Virus record (IMG/VR): IMGVR_UViG_3300023444_000001 | Span: 17,938 to 81,937 of that record | Reading direction: 5' to 3' (one strand) | Origin: a virus | Length of the DNA: 64,000 bases | Shown here: piece by piece, positions 10,388 to 18,255 of the stretch | How positions within the stretch are numbered: the stretch's first letter is position 1 | How the letters are laid out: each line of letters starts with the position of its first letter | Made by a program: the position numbers and the translations under genes | Notes under the pieces: model-generated | What the model was told of the DNA's origin: nothing | Seen by the model: the letters and a program-made list of their open reading frames with translations, nothing else | The model's database searches: none

Positions 10388-10617
10388 TTTTAGCCTCCTC
10401 TCTTTATATGGCCCCCGGTGGGGTGATCGACTGCTGGCCTGCAAGTCTCCACTCTGCACCCTCTATACCGGGGGCTCATGGTCATTTATCCTGTCCCGGA
10501 GGGCCTGTATCCTGCGCTCGATGTGTCCCTTGACACCCTCCAGTTCCTCAATGGTCTGCTGGTAGCAGATTATCGCGACTTTGTTCGTGTCCATGTTTCA
10601 CCTCCATTTGGTTAACA

Positions 10618-10839
10618 TTATCGTTTCTGATAGTATTCAAAGACCATAACTATCATCTGCGTTAATGTCTCGTTGCCTTCTATTAACCCCTTTATTGTCC
10701 GTCCGTCTCTGCCGAAGTTTACAAGCATAGTGGCCCGTGCCTCCAGCAACTCTCGCTTCATCGGCAGAATATCATCCTCCTCAAGCGCTTTGACCAGTTC
10801 CCATATCTTACATCGGTTTAATCTCATTGCCCCCCCCAT
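10618..10839 (-). CDS. Hypothetical protein
   Basis: ORF in the co-oriented small-gene array. Confidence 0.5.
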   Translation of the reverse strand: MGGAMRLNRCKIWELVKALEEDDILPMKRELLEARATMLVNFGRDGRTIKGLIEGNETLTQMIVMVFEYYQKR

Positions 10840-10841
10840 AT

Positions 10842-11048
10842 CTAATTAGATGTGCGTCTTAATGCCTGATAGAAAACGTCATTCATCAGTAATTTTTTTC
10901 TGGTATCGCTGATAAACTCAGAGCCGCCCAGACAAAAATCAGGATGCCTTGAGTAGAACTCCTCAAATTGTCTAAGATACGCATCAGCGGCCTGCATCTG
11001 TTCTGCTGTCCCGTAAGGCATTGTTAATATTTTTTTCGCCCTTTTCAT
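10842..11048 (-). CDS. Hypothetical protein
   Basis: AAGGAGG RBS; co-oriented. Confidence 0.55.
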   Translation of the reverse strand: MKRAKKILTMPYGTAEQMQAADAYLRQFEEFYSRHPDFCLGGSEFISDTRKKLLMNDVFYQALRRTSN

Positions 11049-11082
11049 CTTTCCCTCCTTTTCAGGTTGCGGCCAGTGGCCG

Positions 11083-11394
11083 TTAGTCCTTTATCAGGTT
11101 TATGACGTTGTCTTTCGTTATCTCTGCTATGACCGCTGGGGGCAAATTCCAAAAGTTTATTACTATAGGCTTCCTGGTGTCTGTAATGATTGCCAGGTCC
11201 CCACCACGGCCGGGGCAGATAGTCACATGGTCATTGCGACGTTCTGCCTGCCGCGCCGCCTCTTCGAGTATGGCCTTTGCGTCGCCAGTGCGCATGATAT
11301 TATCGCCTGCATCGCTTGCCAGGTGATACGCATGCCGGAACACCGGGCCGTGAAGGGTTAATTGTCTGGTTTCGGAAATTTCAATGTAAAGCAT
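11083..11394 (-). CDS. Hypothetical protein
   Basis: Start reassigned to MLYIEISE after a GGAGG RBS. Confidence 0.55.
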   Translation of the reverse strand: MLYIEISETRQLTLHGPVFRHAYHLASDAGDNIMRTGDAKAILEEAARQAERRNDHVTICPGRGGDLAIITDTRKPIVINFWNLPPAVIAEITKDNVINLIKD

Positions 11395-11405
11395 GTCACA
11401 CCTCC

Positions 11406-11615
11406 TCAATCCTGCCAGCCCTCGAAGGGCCCGCATGTAATCTGCCTCTGTGCAGTCGTCACCATAGCGCTGTTTGTATGCCTGCCAGACCACCAATGTT
11501 CGTCTGGTTTTTCTCCATGTAATGACTTATTGGCGGGGCAAGGAATCTTTTCCAATTGTGCACATGAGGGAATATGTTTAATTTGTTCAGATTTTTTCAT
11601 CTCATCCCTCCTCAA
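11406..11615 (-). CDS. Hypothetical protein spanning the GC-island junction
   Basis: GAGGAGG RBS near 11610; the 5' part is AT-rich and the 3' part GC-rich. Confidence 0.45.
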   Translation of the reverse strand: MRRDEMKKSEQIKHIPSCAQLEKIPCPANKSLHGEKPDEHWWSGRHTNSAMVTTAQRQITCGPFEGWQD

Positions 11616-11639
11616 TTAAATCAAAACCAAATTTTTTCT

Positions 11640-11894
11640 TTAATCCCATCCCCAACAACCACAATAATATAAATCTGTCTCTTTATCCGGTCGATAAGAG
11701 AAAAATGGTAATCCAATCCTTGAATCTGTAACATTATCACATTGACAGCATTCAGCCTTTCTTCCTTCCAAAGAAGGCATTTCAGCAATTTCTATGGCTT
11801 CCGGAACTATACCAAAACAACTTGCACAAACCGGATTTCCTTTTTCATCAACAGCAGTTGCTGTATGTCCACATTTCATCATAACTATAGACAT
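11640..11894 (-). CDS. Small Cys-rich Zn-binding protein
   Basis: CGH, CASC, CCQC, YYCGC; AAGGAGG RBS. Confidence 0.65.
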   Translation of the reverse strand: MSIVMMKCGHTATAVDEKGNPVCASCFGIVPEAIEIAEMPSLEGRKAECCQCDNVTDSRIGLPFFSYRPDKETDLYYCGCWGWD

Positions 11895-11911
11895 TTTTCC
11901 CTCCTTTAGTA

Positions 11912-11940
11912 AAAATAATACCTTTCCTCACAAAAATCAA
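11912..11940 (-). promoter_or_regulatory. Putative sigma70-type promoter
   Basis: TTGATT-N17-TATTTT upstream of the RBS of 11640..11894. Confidence 0.4.
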
Positions 11941-11946
11941 ATTTTC

Positions 11947-12462
11947 TTATTTCAGATATGAATATGAATACACATCCTTCAAAGTCCGAAATTTATCTCC
12001 TTTTCCCATTCCATATCCAACAAGAAAGCCATCCTCCTCTCTTACTTTGAATCCGACATATTTCACCCTATCTATGCCCTTATCCCTTTCAAACAAAACA
12101 CATCCCTCAATAGACCTCGGATTTTCCTTCTCTAAAGACCTTTTTACTTCTTCAAAACTTTTTCCTGTGTCTAAAATATCATCTATAATCAAAACATTTC
12201 TATCTTTCACTTTCTTCAAATCAAACATGAAGTTTACTTTCAAATTTTCCGAAGGATTTAATTCTTCTCCATAAGAAAAAACTCCAGCAAATTGAATTTC
12301 CGGTGATAAACCAGAATATCGAATTAAATCCCATCCAAAAGGAAATCCTCCTTTCAATACAATAAGAAAGAAAGGATTCTTTCCCCAATAATCAAAATTT
12401 ATTCTCCGAGATATTTCATAAACCTTTCCTTTTATTTCCCTTTCCTTAAATATTTTCTTCAT
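11947..12462 (-). CDS. hpt: Hypoxanthine-guanine phosphoribosyltransferase-like protein
   Basis: VLKGG, SYG loop, PRPP motif VLIIDDILDTG, FLVGYGM...FRTL. Confidence 0.88.
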   Translation of the reverse strand: MKKIFKEREIKGKVYEISRRINFDYWGKNPFFLIVLKGGFPFGWDLIRYSGLSPEIQFAGVFSYGEELNPSENLKVNFMFDLKKVKDRNVLIIDDILDTGKSFEEVKRSLEKENPRSIEGCVLFERDKGIDRVKYVGFKVREEDGFLVGYGMGKGDKFRTLKDVYSYSYLK

Positions 12463-12513
12463 TTTTTACCTCCTTTAGTAAACTGAACTTTTCTAATCTC
12501 ATTCTTTTTTAAG

Positions 12514-12547
12514 AAAAAATTAGACCGGACTTTTCAAAATCCAGTCT
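12514..12547 (-). terminator. Rho-independent terminator downstream of the CRISPR-like repeat
   Basis: Minus-strand AGACTGGATTTT-GA-AAAGTCCGGTCT hairpin (with G.U pairs) followed by AATTTTTT. Confidence 0.65.
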
Positions 12548-12635
12548 TTTTTTAAGAAGAGTATCCATGACCCTCTTTTGTCTATCCATTTAAGGGGGGG
12601 GGGTATTATCTTTCTTTCCTTTCCCTCTATAGGAT

Positions 12636-12667
12636 GTTTCAATCCACGCCCCCGCGCGGGGGGCGAC
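12636..12667 (-). CRISPR. Solitary type I-C CRISPR repeat (SRU or mini-array remnant)
   Basis: GTCGCCCCCCGCGCGGGGGCGTGGATTGAAAC: 32 nt, GCCCCC/GGGGGC hairpin, ATTGAAAC 3' handle; single copy with no cas operon in the window. Confidence 0.85.
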
Positions 12668-12700
12668 TGTATACACCTCAAGTGTTTTAACTCCTTTGAA

Positions 12701-12955
12701 TTACATCTTCATTTCCGACATCCTCCTTTCATATTCAGAATCAAAAAATTTCGTCTTATTTCCACATTCAGAACAAATTCCTTCAAACTCTGTTTCCTCT
12801 TCATCTATTGTTCTCCAACATTTCATTTCATCAGACAATTTTACTGGAGGTTCTCCACAACAAATAGACCTCCAATCTGGCTCAAACTCTTCTTCTCTTT
12901 CACAAAATTTCTCTGCTTTACAACGACAACAATTCATTGTACACATCTCATCCAT
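12701..12955 (-). CDS. Small acidic Cys-rich protein
   Basis: 84 aa, very Glu-rich, several CC/CxxC motifs; immediately upstream of the repeat. Confidence 0.6.
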   Translation of the reverse strand: MDEMCTMNCCRCKAEKFCEREEEFEPDWRSICCGEPPVKLSDEMKCWRTIDEEETEFEGICSECGNKTKFFDSEYERRMSEMKM

Positions 12956-12961
12956 TTTTTC

Positions 12962-13132
12962 TCACTTATCTTTCAAAAGTGTTACGTGAATAACCTCAAC
13001 CCACTTTCTACACCTTGCACACTTTCCAAATACAAGATCAGTTGGATATTCGAGATCAGAGGTCAAAGTTCCATAAATTGGCCAATGACCACAAATAGTC
13101 TTCCAATCCTTATCAATTCTAATTCTTTTCAT
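12962..13132 (-). CDS. Small Zn-ribbon protein
   Basis: Start reassigned to MKRIRIDK after GGAGG; CGH...CARC. Confidence 0.55.
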   Translation of the reverse strand: MKRIRIDKDWKTICGHWPIYGTLTSDLEYPTDLVFGKCARCRKWVEVIHVTLLKDK

Positions 13133-13427
13133 TTTGTGCCTCCAATTTTCGATACCATTCTTCAGGATACCCAGGATACTCCATTCTACGAAGAGTGGAG
13201 CGAATCCCAAGGTCTTTAGCCAACTTATCACGAAGATCAAACCAAGGATTGTAATCCACATTATCACCTTGTTCTTCACTCCAGCACTCTGGGAAAACCA
13301 TCCCTGCTAAAGCGTGTGAATATCTCTCGTTCCTATCTAATCTTGATACTGCATCTGTTATAGCAACCAAGATTTCCTCACGACCATTGAGTTTTACAAG
13401 TGCTGATTTTATTGTCGATATACGCAT
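13119..13427 (-). CDS. Early hypothetical protein, paralog of 14225..14524
   Basis: Start MRISTIK after GGAGG; shares RYSHALAGM...GIRSTLRRMEYPGYPEEWY with its paralog. Confidence 0.75.
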   Translation of the reverse strand: MRISTIKSALVKLNGREEILVAITDAVSRLDRNERYSHALAGMVFPECWSEEQGDNVDYNPWFDLRDKLAKDLGIRSTLRRMEYPGYPEEWYRKLEAQNEKN

Positions 13428-13590
13428 TACAAACCTCCCTTTCATTATACCAATCTTCTTCTCCATCATCCCACCGAATTTTTACTCTTCCTTTATGAGA
13501 ATCCAAAGCAATTACTTCTGCATATCGTACTTTATCCCCTTCTGGAATTTCCAAATTCTGTTTGAGATAAAACATTGTTGATTGTCTCAT
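13378..13590 (-). CDS. Small SH3/Tudor-like early protein
   Basis: Start MRQSTMF after GGAGG, just downstream of a promoter; GDKVRYAEVI...VKIRWDDGEEDW beta-barrel pattern. Confidence 0.6.
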   Translation of the reverse strand: MRQSTMFYLKQNLEIPEGDKVRYAEVIALDSHKGRVKIRWDDGEEDWYNEREVCNAYIDNKISTCKTQWS

Positions 13591-13610
13591 TGTAACCTCC
13601 CTTTGTTTGA

Positions 13611-13665
13611 AAGTTAAAGTTTGATTGTATAATATAATATAATATATCTCTTTGAAAAAGTCAAG
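13611..13665 (-). promoter_or_regulatory. Strong early promoter (copy 1)
   Basis: TTGACT-N17-TATATT; 55 bp identical to 31397..31451. Confidence 0.85.
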
Positions 13666-13695
13666 GGTTTTGTTTGTCAAAAGATTCTTTCCTCC

Positions 13696-13884
13696 TTACT
13701 CAATCTCACAATATTCCTCAATTAGACTGATAACCTCAGAATATGACGAACTTTCAAAAGCACGTTTAACAAACTCTTTTGCTCTCTCCTTCTCCCCAGC
13801 CTTTAGCAAAGCCTTCTTCGTAAGGCCAATCAAATTGAAAACATTCCCATTCTTTCCAACCAATTTCACTACTGGCTTTTCCAT
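13696..13884 (-). CDS. Conserved small phage protein (VKLVGxxGNxF type)
   Basis: KPVVKLVGKNGNVFNLIG...KAL...SY; GGAGG RBS. Confidence 0.7.
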   Translation of the reverse strand: MEKPVVKLVGKNGNVFNLIGLTKKALLKAGEKERAKEFVKRAFESSSYSEVISLIEEYCEIE

Positions 13885-14093
13885 TTTATTCCTCCTTGTT
13901 TTGAACCTGGTTGAACCTGGATTTTACCATCCAAAGTCTTAGTCACCAAAGACAACTCTGAATTTTCATCCATCCCAAAAACTACCAACAAATAAGCAAC
14001 ATTCCTTCCAATTTCATCACCACACCAATGGCACATAACCTTCCCATTCCCCAAAACAACTATTCTCTCCATTACCATTGAAATGCAATCCAA
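13869..14093 (-). CDS. Hypothetical Zn-finger-like protein
   Basis: CHWC motif; AGGAG RBS upstream. Confidence 0.45.
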   Translation of the reverse strand: MDCISMVMERIVVLGNGKVMCHWCGDEIGRNVAYLLVVFGMDENSELSLVTKTLDGKIQVQPGSKQGGIKWKSQ

Positions 14094-14224
14094 GCCAATT
14101 CATCATTTTCTCCTTATTTTTTTAGTCCTAAAATCAACTGTGCTGTGTTCAAAAAGAAGAGAGGAAGAAAAAAGAAGCCAAAATTTTCTCTTCCTCTCTT
14201 CTCAAATCAGAATCAATCCCAATC

Positions 14225-14524
14225 TCAATCGGTGGCATCCAACTTTTGGTACCATTCTTCAGGATAACCCGGATATTCCATTCTGCGAAGAGTGGAACGA
14301 ATCCCATATTCTTTTGCCAACTTATGCCGGAGATCAAACCAAGGAGTGTAGTCAACCCAATCTCCCTGTTCATCAGACCAACACTCCGGGAGAACCATCC
14401 CTGCCAAGGCATGAGAATATCTCTCACCTCGATTTAATTTTGTCAGAGCATCTGTTATCGCCGCAAGAATCTCCTCCCGACCACCCAATTCCGCCAACAC
14501 ACCTTTTATTGTCCTAACTCGCAT
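14225..14524 (-). CDS. Early hypothetical protein, paralog of 13119..13427
   Basis: GGAGG RBS; high amino-acid similarity to its paralog. Confidence 0.75.
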   Translation of the reverse strand: MRVRTIKGVLAELGGREEILAAITDALTKLNRGERYSHALAGMVLPECWSDEQGDWVDYTPWFDLRHKLAKEYGIRSTLRRMEYPGYPEEWYQKLDATD

Positions 14525-14604
14525 TGCAACCTCCTTCTTGTTTCCTTGTTTTGCACCAAATCATTTTCACAGTTTCTTCATCTCATCCTTACTTTTGCCT
14601 TTGT

Positions 14605-15006
14605 TTAGGATTGAAGAAGTAACTCCTCCTTTTGTTCTTTTGTCATTTCCTTAAGTAAGAGAATTTTTCCATTAAGGATTGCATATCTGTTGAGTTGACC
14701 ATAGGTCATTAACATCTCTACATCCTCAACTCCTTGATCGAGAAGTTGTTGTAACTCTTCTCTTGAATAAAACCTGTTACGAGGTTTCACTTCAACCCCA
14801 CCTTTGAAATATGCTCTATTTTCAACAAAGGTGGAAAATGGAGAAGGTTTCTCTATCTCTCCTTTTTGAATTGAAGTATAACAGTGAGTAGCACCCCACT
14901 GTTGCTTCTTTCTCCAAAATTCGTGTGTCTTGTTTCCGTATCTCATAGCCTTATTACTTCGGCTATTTACCCCAGACCGGATTTGAATTGTAGAGTGGGT
15001 AGTCAT
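14605..15006 (-). CDS. Early hypothetical protein
   Basis: First gene after the promoter at 15058-15086; AAGGAGG RBS. Confidence 0.7.
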   Translation of the reverse strand: MTTHSTIQIRSGVNSRSNKAMRYGNKTHEFWRKKQQWGATHCYTSIQKGEIEKPSPFSTFVENRAYFKGGVEVKPRNRFYSREELQQLLDQGVEDVEMLMTYGQLNRYAILNGKILLLKEMTKEQKEELLLQS

Positions 15007-15040
15007 TTTGTGCCTCCTTAAAGTTAAGGTTAAAAGTGAA

Positions 15041-15094
15041 GTTTAATTGTATAATATAATATAATATATTTGCTTGAAAAAGTCAAGGGTTTTG
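15041..15094 (-). promoter_or_regulatory. Strong early promoter (copy 2)
   Basis: TTGACT-N17-TATATT with the same TATAT pentamer run as the other copies. Confidence 0.85.
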
Positions 15095-15497
15095 TTAAAA
15101 AATTTTTACAGTCTAAAATAACAACTCCTTACTTTTCTTATTTCAAAAATCAAATTCACTATTACTACTCTCTATAATGTCTACTTTTCTACATACACTC
15201 TCAATCATTGTCGCCTATATGAGGGTACCCGCATTAACTTGTTCTTATTTCTTAACTTACAAAAGTGGGAAATTTTTCACATACTGCTATTCTGTAACAA
15301 TTCTTACATTAAATTCTTCTATAAACGACATCCTATTTACCTCAATAATCTTTCTAACCTACTGTCAATAAATAACTTACAATATAAAACCTCTCTTCTA
15401 TTTCAAAAAGAGAAGTCTTTTTTCTTAATTCTAAATTTCAATTTTACTCTCTCTTCACAACTTCAAATTTCTTATTTTTATGTTCCATAATTTCAAA

Positions 15498-15770
15498 TTA
15501 ACTCAACTCATTTCTTTATACTGATCTATACTAAAATATCTATAAAATTCATTAACTCAACTGGTAGGCAAAAATTTCCTATCTCCATAAAATTCAATAT
15601 ACCTTCAAATGCTGTAACTTATTGCCTACCAACGAGTTCCATAAGCCTCCCACCTATTTGACAAAAACAAACTTGATTTCTATACAATAACACAACTCTA
15701 TCCTAATTACTGGAATTGGACTTATCTTTATAACTTCTTGGTAGGAAACTACTTAACTCAACTGAAGGCT
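15498..15770. repeat. Cluster of short direct and inverted repeats in the long non-coding region
   Basis: TTAACTCAACT at 15498, 15552 and 15753; AACTCAACTGGTAGGCAA (15554-15571) inverted against TTGCCTACCAACGAGTT (15622-15638); AACTTCTTGGTAGGAAA at 15732. Confidence 0.6.
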
Positions 15771-16035
15771 AAGAAGGTAAGAAATTTCTCTTCTGTTCTT
15801 TTTCTATACAAACAACCTAAAAGAACCACTTTTTCCCTTTTTTCTTTATTCCCGCAAAAATTTAATTCATTATACCTTATTCTATTATCCTTTGAAACCC
15901 TTCTTTTATATTTACCGCGAAATTTCAAGGAATACCAACCTTGGCGCAAAACCTTCCAAAATTTTTAAACTTTTAACAACCTTAATAAGAAAATCCTCTT
16001 ACAACTATCAATCTTTTCCCCGCGAAAATTTCAAA

Positions 16036-16695
16036 TTATTTCCATCTAATACCAACTCTTACCAACCCTTTTCCCCCGAAAATATATGCTCCACCGAAAT
16101 CTACAAACTCATTTATATTCCTTGTTGCAACCATTCCTCCAAAAAATTTCTTAGAATTTAATCCCAATCCTCCCAATAACCCGAAATTCGTATGAAATAA
16201 ATGAAGAGACTGAAGTTCCATAGACAATCCTACTTCCGATTTCGGATATATCCCTCCCACCGAAATTCTCCAATAATTCTCCAGCCATTTTTCTCCTTTT
16301 TCTGCTCTTTCTTTCTTTATAGCCTGAGTAGGAGCAACTATTTTTCCTTCACTTGTTTCTCCTTTTATCTTGACTTCTTTATTCTTTTCCTCAACTATAT
16401 GAACTTTTGAAACAGGAGTGGGAAATTTAAGTTCTGTTTCTGATTTTACTGCTGGATGTAATTCCTTATTTCCAACGATCTTCCTGTTTATCTTTGCATA
16501 CCCTTCTTTTTCCAATTTTTTGCCATAATCTGTTTCCATCTGCTCAAAAATCTTATTATATTTCAATTCCATACTTTTATTCTTATACCAGATATAACCA
16601 AAAACTACTGCAAGTATCAAAATCAAATGCCATAATTCAACTGAAATTCTCAAGTGCTTTCGCATTTCCAATATCCTATTTGAAAGATAGAGCAC
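16036..16695 (-). CDS. Membrane-anchored protein with a beta-rich C-terminus (possible lysis/spanin-like)
   Basis: N-terminal TM (LWHLILILAVVFGYIWY), charged linker, Gly/aromatic beta-strands ending VRVGIRWK. Confidence 0.5.
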   Translation of the reverse strand: MLYLSNRILEMRKHLRISVELWHLILILAVVFGYIWYKNKSMELKYNKIFEQMETDYGKKLEKEGYAKINRKIVGNKELHPAVKSETELKFPTPVSKVHIVEEKNKEVKIKGETSEGKIVAPTQAIKKERAEKGEKWLENYWRISVGGIYPKSEVGLSMELQSLHLFHTNFGLLGGLGLNSKKFFGGMVATRNINEFVDFGGAYIFGGKGLVRVGIRWK

Positions 16696-16705
16696 AAAAG
16701 ATTAA

Positions 16706-16801
16706 AATTCTTAAAATAAGCCTGCTCACGAGGTTTTCTTATACCGAGTAATATAAAGAGATTAAAAAAAGAGAACTCCTCACAGAACCCATCAAATGAA
16801 G
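16706..16801. repeat. ~95-bp dispersed intergenic element, copy C (diverged)
   Basis: AATTCTTAAAATAA ... ATGAAG ends, 96 bp; same position relative to the upstream stop codon as copies A and B. Confidence 0.45.
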
Positions 16802-16808
16802 TCATACG

Positions 16809-18239
16809 TTATTTCCCAAAAATTTCCCGCAAAATTCCTTTTCCTTTGGCTCGTATAAAAACCTCATCCCTATTATCTCCCATATTCTTCAATGTCTGAG
16901 CCATATCCATCAACGTTCTTAATTGATCGGTAACATTTGGATCAAGAACTCCTCCATCAGATTTTTCTATGTGAACAGCATGAAAAGTTCTCTGAGCCTC
17001 TATCTCAATAACTGTCTTTACAAGATTTAACAAATCAGAAGAACCTTCTATTTTGAAAGTAAAATCATATCCACAAAGACTTCCTTCTTTATATCGGGGA
17101 CAATTTTCATCCAAATAACACGTATTACAGGAAATCTTTTCAACTATCCTTTCATCTAAAACAGGGACTTTTGGCTTTTTTTCAATAACTTCACTTTTTA
17201 CTTCAACAATTTCATTGTCTCTTTTCATACTTGCTTTCACCCCCTTATTTCCTAACTTCTTGGCTTCTTTTATATCTTCCGGACTTAACCAATAAGCATT
17301 TTTACATTGATATTTATACCAATCAGTCCACTTTTTCCACATGAAAGCATTGATGATATTACAAGGTCTTGCCAATCCATTCTTAAATCCTTCCCAATCA
17401 AACTTGTCCCCAATAGTTTCTTCTATTTCTTCCTTATACTTTTTTTCTATTTTGCTTTTGAATTTCTTTCTCAATATATCGGACTTTTTTCTCGTATCAG
17501 CAATTATCTCAAAATTTTCCATTCGTCCATGTGAAGAGAAAAATATTGCTCCAAATCTTCCACCAGAAATCCAACTTGTAGAATCTACAGTAAAAAATGG
17601 TCTTCTTACTATATCTTTTTCACTACTTAAACCAAACCCATGAAGCAATATTTTCTTTTTTCTTGCAAATCTAAAATACCGATGTAAAGTCAAATCACTC
17701 CGTACCCAACCTGACCCTGTTCCAATGTAATCATAGGCATCAAACCATCCTAAATCTTCTATTTCTTTATTTGACTCACCTTGCAAAACAGGTATCAGAT
17801 GTATTCCCATGTCTTTCGCCTTATTTAACCACTTTACTCTCTCTGCTTTTCCAAAATCCTCAGAAGTAAAATCTAATTCAGCGAACGCTTGAACAGATTC
17901 TCTCATCTTAAAGGCAAAATCTAAATATTCATTATAATACTGCTCTATATCAAGACTTTTCCCTTTTGCCCCTCCAGATTTTTCTAAATCTATATTCAAC
18001 GTATATCCACCTGAATCAATAAATACAAAATCAAAGTCTCTCAAAAATTCTTCTTTTAACTGTTCTATAGACTTTTTCCTTATCAACTTTCTTAAATAGT
18101 AAAAAGACAATAATACATTTCTAATTCCTATCATTCTCAATATACTTCTAAACTCGTTTGTCTCCGCACCAGCAAAAAGCAAACAAGTATTGTATATCTT
18201 TGGATAACATCGAAATTCCATGCCATTAAATTCTTGCAT
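16809..18239 (-). CDS. dpdA: DpdA/TGT-like deazaguanine DNA transglycosylase with a C-terminal Cys-rich/helical domain
   Basis: FIDSGGYT, AELD, IPVLQG, LHGFG and VDSTSW motifs of phage TGT-like proteins; clustered with queCDE and folE. Confidence 0.75.
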   Translation of the reverse strand: MQEFNGMEFRCYPKIYNTCLLFAGAETNEFRSILRMIGIRNVLLSFYYLRKLIRKKSIEQLKEEFLRDFDFVFIDSGGYTLNIDLEKSGGAKGKSLDIEQYYNEYLDFAFKMRESVQAFAELDFTSEDFGKAERVKWLNKAKDMGIHLIPVLQGESNKEIEDLGWFDAYDYIGTGSGWVRSDLTLHRYFRFARKKKILLHGFGLSSEKDIVRRPFFTVDSTSWISGGRFGAIFFSSHGRMENFEIIADTRKKSDILRKKFKSKIEKKYKEEIEETIGDKFDWEGFKNGLARPCNIINAFMWKKWTDWYKYQCKNAYWLSPEDIKEAKKLGNKGVKASMKRDNEIVEVKSEVIEKKPKVPVLDERIVEKISCNTCYLDENCPRYKEGSLCGYDFTFKIEGSSDLLNLVKTVIEIEAQRTFHAVHIEKSDGGVLDPNVTDQLRTLMDMAQTLKNMGDNRDEVFIRAKGKGILREIFGK

Positions 18240-18255
18240 TTTTATCCCTTGAAAT

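Noticed and set aside
12578-12667. A full CRISPR array or CRISPR-Cas locus
   Set aside because: Only one intact repeat; the second is at best about half matching; no cas1/2/3/5/7/8 genes.
12962-13279. 105-aa ORF with an apparent N-terminal TM, and the similar 14149..14427
   Set aside because: The upstream parts are alternate-frame overlaps of the paralog genes; the RBS supports a start at 13132 instead.
13119-14524. Paralog pair as a DGR template/variable repeat
   Set aside because: Differences are mainly synonymous rather than adenine-specific, and no reverse transcriptase is in the window.
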